Shown here in pieces: positions 7,514 through 16,000 of a stretch of DNA of 25,557 bases. A program made the position numbers and the translations under genes. Numbering within the stretch: the first letter of the stretch is position 1; the number at the start of each line of letters is the position of its first letter. The notes under the pieces are model-generated. The model did not search any database. It had not been told where the DNA came from and worked only from the letters and a program-made list of their open reading frames with translations. Origin of the DNA: Candidatus Hydrogenedentota bacterium (GTDB lineage: Bacteria > Hydrogenedentota > Hydrogenedentia > Hydrogenedentales > SLHB01); contig BTWA01000055.1 of the NCBI GenBank assembly GCA_045863295.1, positions 1 through 25,557 of the forward strand, read 5' to 3'.

Positions 7514-10264
7514 CTATCCATTCTTCGGGTTCACCAGGCTCTTTACGGTGTCGCCGAATCTGGCCTCAAATTCAGAGACGATCTGGGATTTCGTTCGCTT
7601 GACGTCCGCAGGGACGTCGACTCCGATATGGGAAATGATGGGTTCATACAACTCGAAGTAGAACTGCGCGACCGCGTCTCCCTGCATACGCGCAAGCACT
7701 TCCGCAGTTTGGTCCATATTGACCCCTGCCCCAGAATTCCTTCCTGATTCGTGTTCGATCCTCCTGGTGTGTTCTTTTGCGGCGTCGTCTTTCGCCTTGA
7801 GTACTGCGAATTCCCGTTGAAGCCAATTCAGGTTAGTCCTGCACCAAGTAGCGTGGTGCCTGCGAAACCACGGGCGTTCGGAGATTGCGGCTTTTATTTC
7901 GTCATAGGTGGGAGGACTCGAAAGGCCAGGTATCGCTTTGGTAAGGTCCACCGTATGTAACAGAATCGGTCTGTGGTAAGTCTCTGCGAATAGATATCCT
8001 TGGCCTGTGGCGAGACGCGCTACATGTTCTCTCTGCGTGTCGCTGAAGAGCATGGTACCCCCAAGAAGCTCGCGGCTGTTTAGATCTTGTATGCGGTAAG
8101 TGAGCTTTGTTGATGTCAGTTCGATTAGGTCCGGAGCAACGTTCTTACAGCTTTGGTCGGCAGGGAGAAATCCCACTTTCTGCTTTCGGAATTCCTTGAC
8201 GAACTTGCATGCCTGCTTGCTTGCGGCAGCTACCTGGTCCACGGTATCGGATGATCGATTAGCGGGATCGGACGACGGCGCAAGGGCGTGAGCCTCGTCA
8301 ACGAGTATTACGAGTTGTACGTCACCCGCGGGTACCGGTTGGTGTGTGATGTACAGTTGCAGGCGACTAAGGAAGAAGACCATAAAAATGGACTTTTCCG
8401 CGTCCGATAGCCCGCTCAAGTCGATGATGCTATAGCCTTCTATGATCTCGCCAAACTCAGGGCAGTTGCGTGCCGGCTGAAAGATCTTACCCAATGAACC
8501 TATGCTGAGGGTCCCGAGGCGGTTGTCGAGCGCCGCATAAAGATCGCCTTTTATGTCAGCGCGATAGCTCTGCTCATTGAGAACTTGCTTTGCAGCCCTA
8601 TACAGGTCGCCCATCGTGGGTGAAGGTTCCGGGTTTGGATACCACTGGCAAACTCGATAAAGGGCCTTCCTTAGAACCGTGACGAGCGGACCTTCCAGTG
8701 GCATGCATGCTTCGAAGCAGGCCATTATCTCTGCGACAAAGGCATCCCTATCCTGCCGAGGAAAACGCTTTAACGCACTTAACGCCATCGGTACTACTTG
8801 CGGACGGCCAGGCGTAAAGATTTTGAGTTCCTTAGCCAATCTACGCGCCGTCGGGTCCGGGGAACATCGTTCTTCCAGAATCAGACCATTCTGTTCGCCT
8901 AGAATCGGCGAAATAAAAATGAAGGGTATACCCAGCCGGTAAAGCTGAAGAGCGATATTGATCAGTGTAATGGTTTTCCCTGTACCTTGGGGTCCGAAGA
9001 TGGACATACCTCGAAGAAGGCTCTGAGCTTGGATGCGCCGCTCCAGGATGTCGATATCGCCGCGCCCATGTGCAAGATCGTGGCCGAGCAGTATGGTTCT
9101 GTCCCCTTCGGCATTCGGCGGATCCGTGCTCTGCCGGAGGCAACGCGGGGTACCGGAAGCTCCGACTGGAAGACGGAAGAGGCCGCGCAGACTCGAAGGA
9201 AGTGCGAGGTGGCGCAGCCAAGAAAGCCTTCCATAAAGATGAGAATCCATATCGAACTTGGATTTCAGCGGGTCAGGCGCGACCGCTACATCACCCAATT
9301 CTGCCGAGGTCAGCAGGTCTGTAAGTTCAGGAGATTGCCGATTGACGACTACTAGCTCCCAGTTGCTGTCTGCAAATGCGCTTTCCGCTACTACGGTCCC
9401 AATCAGCTGGGCAACCCCCGGCTCGCATCCGAACACCCGGCAATGGAAATGTAGTTGATGTTGGTTCAACTCCTCCCCCCGTGCGGTCATTGCAAACAGA
9501 ACTTCGCGGGCGAGGGGATCGGGCTGTTGGGTTGATTGTGTCGGGGAACGATACGGACGGCTACGTTCTTCGTCGAAATAGTCGATGCTGAACCCATCTC
9601 GAGACCGTTCGCTGTTTGGGCGGGCGATCCGCTGGAGATGTGTGCAGTACTCTGCAATTGCGGCCCGTTCGTCACTCGCATTGTATGAACTTACACATGT
9701 GTGAATAAGAACGGGAGAATTGATGGAGTCCAAAGCTTGATCGAGGTTTAAATACGTATTGGAGTCGTTCGAAGTCAGGGTAAGATCCTTCCGTAGAAAC
9801 GATGGAAGAAAGGAATTCTCGGCTGGTGTCGTTACCGGCTTGATCACCTGCGCCTTTCCTACAATGTCGCAGCTCTCGATGAAATCGCTCCATGGAACTG
9901 TTGGCATGCTGGACACTCTCCACCTATTCGGCTTGTCCGCGTGGTGAGAGGCGCCGTAGAGATGCGAAAGGCGGCCACGGTTAAGCGTCACGTCCAAAGC
10001 ATCAGCGCATCCGCGTTCGTAGGTGTTGAGCGACAGAAACATCTTGAGGCGAGACTGCGGATGCGCGGTTTCATCTCCGGGTGAGTGGAACAGATAGGAA
10101 CTAAGGCTACAGCTGCGAGACGGAGCAACTGAAATGAGTTGGAGAAGTCGCGCACATTCTTGCCAAACTGCGGCAGCGATTCCCTCTGGAAGGTGGATTA
10201 AGAGATTTGAATCATCCAGTGCCGGAATCACGCGAGCTTGAAAAAAATGACGTTGCGGAGCCAT
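7514..10264 (-). CDS. Large HerA/FtsK/VirB4-superfamily (DUF87-like) P-loop ATPase
   Basis: Walker A IFGPQGTGKT, Walker B VILVDEAH, KEFRKQKVGFLPADQS (arginine-finger plus Q motif of HerA/FtsK), then TSTKLTYRI and LATGQG. Start placed at ATG 10264 after GAGGAGG; an alternative in-frame ATG at 10396 would add a hydrophobic leader. Confidence 0.85.
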   Translation of the reverse strand: MAPQRHFFQARVIPALDDSNLLIHLPEGIAAAVWQECARLLQLISVAPSRSCSLSSYLFHSPGDETAHPQSRLKMFLSLNTYERGCADALDVTLNRGRLSHLYGASHHADKPNRWRVSSMPTVPWSDFIESCDIVGKAQVIKPVTTPAENSFLPSFLRKDLTLTSNDSNTYLNLDQALDSINSPVLIHTCVSSYNASDERAAIAEYCTHLQRIARPNSERSRDGFSIDYFDEERSRPYRSPTQSTQQPDPLAREVLFAMTARGEELNQHQLHFHCRVFGCEPGVAQLIGTVVAESAFADSNWELVVVNRQSPELTDLLTSAELGDVAVAPDPLKSKFDMDSHLYGRLSWLRHLALPSSLRGLFRLPVGASGTPRCLRQSTDPPNAEGDRTILLGHDLAHGRGDIDILERRIQAQSLLRGMSIFGPQGTGKTITLINIALQLYRLGIPFIFISPILGEQNGLILEERCSPDPTARRLAKELKIFTPGRPQVVPMALSALKRFPRQDRDAFVAEIMACFEACMPLEGPLVTVLRKALYRVCQWYPNPEPSPTMGDLYRAAKQVLNEQSYRADIKGDLYAALDNRLGTLSIGSLGKIFQPARNCPEFGEIIEGYSIIDLSGLSDAEKSIFMVFFLSRLQLYITHQPVPAGDVQLVILVDEAHALAPSSDPANRSSDTVDQVAAASKQACKFVKEFRKQKVGFLPADQSCKNVAPDLIELTSTKLTYRIQDLNSRELLGGTMLFSDTQREHVARLATGQGYLFAETYHRPILLHTVDLTKAIPGLSSPPTYDEIKAAISERPWFRRHHATWCRTNLNWLQREFAVLKAKDDAAKEHTRRIEHESGRNSGAGVNMDQTAEVLARMQGDAVAQFYFELYEPIISHIGVDVPADVKRTKSQIVSEFEARFGDTVKSLVNPKNG

Positions 10265-10392
10265 TCTTGCCTCCTCTTGGACGCTAGGGGGAGCGTTGTT
10301 GGGTTCTCGAGAAGCGCCGAGCGCGTTTCCGTATGTAGCGGGTGCAGTGACCAGGACGATGACGGAAAGAACGCTTATGTTTCGAAAGAGAT

Positions 10393-11139
10393 TCATTGGA
10401 TTGCTCCCGGCGCCCAGTGCAGGACCTCTATCGCTAGATGAAGCAGGTGCTGAAACGCCCATTTCCCGGTGAACGTAACGGCGGGAAGTTCAACGAGAAG
10501 GAAGTATCCGATAAACGGCGCAATGTACGGCCATGGGTCGAGGCGTGATACGGTTTGCGGCGGGAAGTTAAGGCGCCCGTGTGTGGCCTCCCATTCCGCG
10601 ATAGGCAGCGCGTAGCCCACACTGCGAGGAGGAGAACTGACGGGGACTGGCAAAACGTCTATGATTCGTCCCTGGTCATCATCAAGTACTCCGGGGCGGT
10701 ACTTGGGGATCGTGTGCTTGCGCGGCGTAAAATAATTGGCAAATAGATCGCGATGCGGACGCCAGTCTGAGAAACTGCCACAGCAATCGCCTGGCGACAG
10801 CGGCGTCTCGCGATTTTGAAGGGCATAAGAACTCCATTTGCCTCTTTCGTCCACGCTAGTATCGGACTTGCAGTGAAATTGCTTGACTGTGATATCGACT
10901 GACACTCCCAGCGCAGATGCAACAATGCTTGCATTCCGAATGACGTCACGCAGCGAGTCGCTTGTGCGAATCTCGTCGGCTTGTATCCGGATAACCGGTC
11001 GATCGTGCATAGGACTTGACGAGCTGCCGGTCTTGGCGATGAGGGAATCTCGGGTAGGCACTACCCCCGTAGCTATCTGCCCGGCAAGCGACGTCTTGAG
11101 GTCGCGTAGCACGTCGTCGGCGTGTTCATAGCGGTTCAT
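10393..11139 (-). CDS. Hypothetical protein with C-terminal hydrophobic segment; probably the frameshifted C-terminal part of the kinase
   Basis: ATG 11139 overlaps the kinase stop (ATGA). It begins MNRYEHADDVLRDL, which resembles kinase subdomain XI, and ends with hydrophobic WPYIAPFIGYFLLVELPAVTF. Confidence 0.65.
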   Translation of the reverse strand: MNRYEHADDVLRDLKTSLAGQIATGVVPTRDSLIAKTGSSSSPMHDRPVIRIQADEIRTSDSLRDVIRNASIVASALGVSVDITVKQFHCKSDTSVDERGKWSSYALQNRETPLSPGDCCGSFSDWRPHRDLFANYFTPRKHTIPKYRPGVLDDDQGRIIDVLPVPVSSPPRSVGYALPIAEWEATHGRLNFPPQTVSRLDPWPYIAPFIGYFLLVELPAVTFTGKWAFQHLLHLAIEVLHWAPGAIQ

Positions 11140-12035
11140 ATGGATTTCTCCAGGCAGTTTGCGATGACGCGGACAATTTGTTCGGGTACGGGTTCCCGGA
11201 GGCGAGGCGCTACACAATGCAAATGCTGGTGTTGCAGTTCCTCGTATGTACCCATGAACGGGGGCGTGCATTGTTCACTGTGAATTTCGTACCCAACGCA
11301 GCCAATGGCGTAAAGATCTACTCGGTGATCCACACGATCCGGAGTTTGAGCGAGAAACGCTTCGGGCGCCATGTATTGCGGGGTCCCAGGAGAGGATGCC
11401 CATGCACGATCCAACGCATCGGTATGGGGCCAGTCCCGGCAAATGGCTAGCCCGAAATCTGCAATACGGATTGTGCCGTCTTCTGCGAGGAGCAGATTTT
11501 CCGGCTTGATATCCCGATGAATCACATCTCGTGCTTCGAGATGCTTTACGGCGGCAAGGATTTGCCTTAGAAAGGTCTTCCCATAACTAATTCGACGTTT
11601 CTGGTCAAAGCGATTCGCAAAGAGCCATTCCCGCAGTGTAGTTGGCGCATATTCTGTGACCAGGACGGAGAGCAGCCCGGACGCGGTCTCGACGTTAAGC
11701 AGGTCGTACACGAAGAGAATGTTGGAATGCCCTTGCACCGTTCGGTACGCGCGGAGCTCGTGCATCAGCAGCTCCCTTGCCAATTGAGCAGGGAAGTGCT
11801 CCGACTGCGCAACTTTGAGCGCGACGTAATTGCCTGTCCAAGTATCCATCGCCTTGAATACGATGCTGATGCTCCCCTTGCCGATCTGCTCCAGGACGCG
11901 GTAGCGCCCGTTCGCAATCGGGTCACCGATCTGCAACGCCTGTGTCGCTTCGTGGCGCAAGTTGGAGTAGAAGAAGCGGTCTTTGCCACCTTGGTTCCTA
12001 TCCGCGTAGGATTCTGCTGCACCAAGGTTTCGCAT
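11136..12035 (-). CDS. Hanks-type Ser/Thr protein kinase (truncated at subdomain XI)
   Basis: IGKGSISIV, VALK, HE (alphaC Glu), HRDIKPEN, DFG, GTPQYMAPE, DLYAIG, PPF. Start moved to ATG 12035, which overlaps the upstream stop (TAATG). Confidence 0.93.
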   Translation of the reverse strand: MRNLGAAESYADRNQGGKDRFFYSNLRHEATQALQIGDPIANGRYRVLEQIGKGSISIVFKAMDTWTGNYVALKVAQSEHFPAQLARELLMHELRAYRTVQGHSNILFVYDLLNVETASGLLSVLVTEYAPTTLREWLFANRFDQKRRISYGKTFLRQILAAVKHLEARDVIHRDIKPENLLLAEDGTIRIADFGLAICRDWPHTDALDRAWASSPGTPQYMAPEAFLAQTPDRVDHRVDLYAIGCVGYEIHSEQCTPPFMGTYEELQHQHLHCVAPRLREPVPEQIVRVIANCLEKSI

Positions 12036-12751
12036 TACTTTTCTTGCTCCAGTTGCGCATCGAACCACAGCGTCGCCCGTTCCATCGCGAGAGTAAGTTG
12101 TGAATGCAGGATTTGGAATTTTGATTCCAAAGGATTTTTGGTGACCGCATACCGGTCGCATAAAGGCAAGACGTAATCCCGCGTTTCGTCGAAGTACTCG
12201 CGAGCCTTTTTCTGAGTGAAGGCACCAGGCATCGTGCGAAGGTTGTCGAGACGATCGAGACACTTTCCGAAAGAAGCTTTGAAGGAAGTGGCAATCCGGT
12301 GAAAGTAGTCGTCTGTACTCTCGGTCTCATCCTTGGTCAGAAGCTCGATTAGGCCCAGGGCTTCCGCGGATATGCTAAACGGGCCTTCGAGATATCCGGG
12401 CGAAGCGCGTTCTTGCGATTGCTCGATGACGTCGTGAAGCAGAACTGCCTGAATTATGGTGCAGTCGTTGACCCCCAACACGAGTGCGCTCTGCGCTACA
12501 CGAATTGGATGCATGACAAAAGGTTCGCCCGTTCGCCGGCGTTGCCCGGCATGAAGCGACATTGCCGCAAGCCTGGCACGAGAGTAATCACCTAAATCGA
12601 ATAGATGCGGGCGAATCAAACTTGGCAGGCGCTCGCTATTCCCCAGTTTCTGACAATGGGAATTTGTCTGACGAGCCAGGGCCGTATCGATTCCGTAAGC
12701 GGCACGATTCGCCTCTTCGGAGATCGCAATTACAGCACGATTAGTACCCAT
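12035..12751 (-). CDS. Stand-alone RelA/SpoT-type HD domain (small alarmone hydrolase/Mesh1-like)
   Basis: HAGQRRRTGEPFVMHP, LLHDVIEQ and KCLDRLDNLR correspond to the RSH hydrolase motifs. No synthetase domain. Confidence 0.85.
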   Translation of the reverse strand: MGTNRAVIAISEEANRAAYGIDTALARQTNSHCQKLGNSERLPSLIRPHLFDLGDYSRARLAAMSLHAGQRRRTGEPFVMHPIRVAQSALVLGVNDCTIIQAVLLHDVIEQSQERASPGYLEGPFSISAEALGLIELLTKDETESTDDYFHRIATSFKASFGKCLDRLDNLRTMPGAFTQKKAREYFDETRDYVLPLCDRYAVTKNPLESKFQILHSQLTLAMERATLWFDAQLEQEK

Positions 12752-13023
12752 CGGTCATGTGCCTCTTCTTCATGATGCCGGTCAAATTCAGGACGTTCTC
12801 ATGAACTACGTTTACCACAAATCAAGCCACGGCGGAAGACATAAGTCCTTTTGTGATAGCGTTTTATGTGTCATTGTTCGTCTGGAGATGGGAGTCCGGC
12901 GGCGATGATTATTTTGTCGGCCAATGGACGGTAAGGAGTTACGATGTCTGGAGATTGGATCCGGAGATTCTCGGCTGGAGATCGTTAGAATACGCCATAG
13001 AAGGAGGCGGCAGGAGGCGCTAG
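12752..13023. promoter_or_regulatory. Divergent promoter region with GGAGAT direct repeats
   Basis: Non-coding gap between divergent genes. GTCTGGAGAT at 12880 and 12946, CCGGAGAT at 12961, CTGGAGAT at 12975, and tandem AGGAGGCG at 13002 and 13012. Confidence 0.5.
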
Positions 13024-16000
13024 GTGAATTCAATCATGCAAAAAATAGCGTTCGTCCTGGACCTTGGGTCCCAACCAAAGGAATTGGTTAAGAACGTGTC
13101 GCTGGCGTTCGCGGACGGTCAGTGGACTCCGCCTTTCGAGTGCACGAAGGGTAAGAATCGGGAGTATTGGCGGCGCTTTTTTCTGCTGGTTTACCGATAC
13201 ATTAGCCTTGGTATTGACATCGATGGGAGTGGAGAGCGCTTGCTGCCCCTTCCTCTCATTCACAAAGATCAACATGACTATGACGAATGGCGACTATTAG
13301 CTAAGTACTGGCTCGACAAGAAGTACGGCGTTCGTAAACATCTCAAAAAGACTCCGGAGTTGCGCAATCTTCAGCTTGCGGTTTCCGAGATCTTCCTTGC
13401 GTCCGGAGCGCCGAACGCTCCCCGTGTTCTCTTTGCTTCGGATTGTAAGTTAGAGGTAGTTCTTTGTCCCTCCTCAAAGATTGAGCTCTGGCCAGGCCAC
13501 ATCTCGGGCGCATCGCCGCTCGGCAGCAATTTCTTTGAGCGGAATGGTATTGATTTCTCTGCCGGCCTCACCCGCCCTTTGACCACCGCAGCAGACCAAC
13601 TATTGCGATTCGAACGGGCACAAATGACAAGTGTGAAACACAAGACGCAGAGTCTTAACCCATACATGTCCGCACTTCTCTCTCAAGGTATGTCACGGCG
13701 AATCCCCTTATATCTTCGAAAAGTTGAAGTGACAAGAAGCTCCACAACCGAAGATGCCGTACACTCTCACGAACCGCTAGAAGCTATAAATGCCGTGGTC
13801 ACCGCTATTGAGAGGGGACAATGCTTCCTTATATACGGTCCATCCGGCTCTGGCAAGTCCTGCTTTCTAAAATCGATCTCGCGAAAATTATTTGAAATGC
13901 CAGGTACAAAACAAAAGTACGCGGTCGTGGTGGAGCTAGGCGCGTATGCTCCGTCATTACACAAGACTTTCGAAGACCTTGTATTTGATTCCTTGCAGCG
14001 GGAGATTGAACGCACTGGAGATAGATTGACGTCCGCTGAGGCTAAAGAATTGAAGAACTGGCTCAACTCGAGCGATTCGCGCACCAATGACACGGTTTAC
14101 ATGCTCGATGGATATAGCGACGTCCCGTTTGAGAGTCGATACGGCCCCGGAAGGTTCGAAGACATCGCAGCTCGCTTCCTCCGGACGGTGACCGGATCTG
14201 TTATTGTCACGTCGAGGGGACTTCAATATCCGCAATGCCTAACCCCTTTAACGTACAGACTTGCCGAACCAGAACCGAATGCCCTCATCAAGTACGTTCG
14301 AGGAAAGCTTGAAAACAACTTGGTCGCGAGACGCGTTCGGCAACTGTTCAAGGATCCGCAATTCTTCCATCTAGCTACGAACATGTTTTACCTCGATTTT
14401 ATCATCGAGCTCGCACAGCACGAGCCCGAATGGCAAGAATTTGCACATTCCCGCTCCAGTATTATTGGCAAGATTGTTAGGTTCGCTCTGGAAGAATTGG
14501 TATTTGGTAATCCAGCACAGCTCTCACCCGTTTCGCCATCACTACCTGACGTTGAGTGGCTGCTGTCAAAGCTGGCCTACACCTCTCTACAGGAGCCGGA
14601 TGGCCAACTGTTCTATCCTGAAAGCCTATCGGACATGTTCCCGGACGTAGAAACCAGGACATCCGCACTTCAAATAGCCATGAAGGCAGGTTTTATAGAG
14701 CATTTTGACCTGGACCTGCCCTCCCTATCAGAGCGCCGTATACGATTTACGAATGAACTATATCGCGACTTTTTCGCTGCCCGTCATGTGATTCGGCAAA
14801 TTCAGCAAAAGCCCTCCACAATCAGCAATCAGATCGTGCGATTGATTGAGTTTCACCGATGTGACGAGCCCCTCTATCTTCTCGCCGAAATGCTCGGGCA
14901 AGATAGGCACGCATTCGGTATTGCGCGAGCGATAGCAACGTACGATTGTGTCGCAGCGGCAGCGTTCGCTGCAAGGGGCAATCTCATAGATCCGGACTTG
15001 CTCTGTAGCATAGTTGCAGGTACAGCGCGTCTGCACGAAACCTGGGCAAATCAAGCACGTACACCTCCGTTCTTCGATCTGACTACTCGTCATCTCAATC
15101 AAAATATCGTTACATTACTTTCGCGGTATGACACGGAAACGCTATTTGAGTCTTATGTCCTCTCAGCTGATCATGACTGGCTGCGTTGTCACGTTCTCGC
15201 CGCTCTCGGCAGGCAAGGAGCGCGAGTAAGCGACGTTCTTCGAGAGCGAAGCTTCACGCAGGAGCCACGTGATGTCTTTCCTTTGCTTCTTGGACTCTCC
15301 GATGCCGGAGCCATTGATGAAGTGCGGCTTGCGGCCCGATTGTTTCGTGAATGCTTCGAGTCTCGAAGGCGCTACCTAGCGCACGAGGAAAGAATTGGGA
15401 AAAGTTACCGCTTGCCAGAATATTATGACGAAGAATATTACGCGGCATTCGCACATCATAGCCGAAACGTATTTGCCAGGTGGCATTCACCTATGCCACC
15501 GGAGACCGTTTTTGAACTTCTGAAATCGGAACAGGATCTACGGACAAGGGCTTTGCTCTTCGGCTTACTTGAGCGATCAAAGTTCGAAGAGCAGCATATA
15601 GAAGAGCTCTTGAAACTGGCGTATACAGAGCTAGGCATACATTGCGCAAAACCACTTCGAGCGATCGCGCGCATTGGCGGCGATAAGTGCTGGAATGCGC
15701 TTACCAAGTTCGCCGCCGACTGGTTTCAACGAAATGGGCTGGCGCAAATACTAGGCGAAGTGGACCCCAATCTGCGAACCATCATTGACGCTATGGTTGC
15801 TGCGCATTCGCGGACAAAAGCATGGGATACATTGCGACAACTACTATTCATGGAATCCGAGATGGAAAGTTTCACCTGCGACGATGACGTGAGGTTTCGC
15901 AGTGAATGGAATCGCATGTTAGTTCTCCTAATGTCAAGGAACATTTCTGTATATCGCATGGAGGAATTATTTTGTTTCGACTCAGACTTAGATGAAGAAA

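Noticed and set aside
7514..10264. Conjugative T4SS (VirB4/VirD4) locus
   Set aside because: No relaxase, pilin or other mating-pair genes in the window; neighbours are signalling-type proteins.
954..12035. BREX/Pgl assignment based on a Lon-like domain, kinase and ATPase
   Set aside because: No PglZ phosphatase, PglX methyltransferase or BrxC-type ATPase; the Lon domain lacks the AAA+ module of BrxL.
12036..12263. N-terminal extension of the kinase ORF to 12263
   Set aside because: Overlaps the HD gene by over 200 nt; the TAATG-coupled ATG at 12035 is more plausible.
12812..13033. 73-aa minus-strand ORF in the divergent gap
   Set aside because: Overlaps the NACHT start, has S/R/P-rich composition and no clear RBS; probably spurious.
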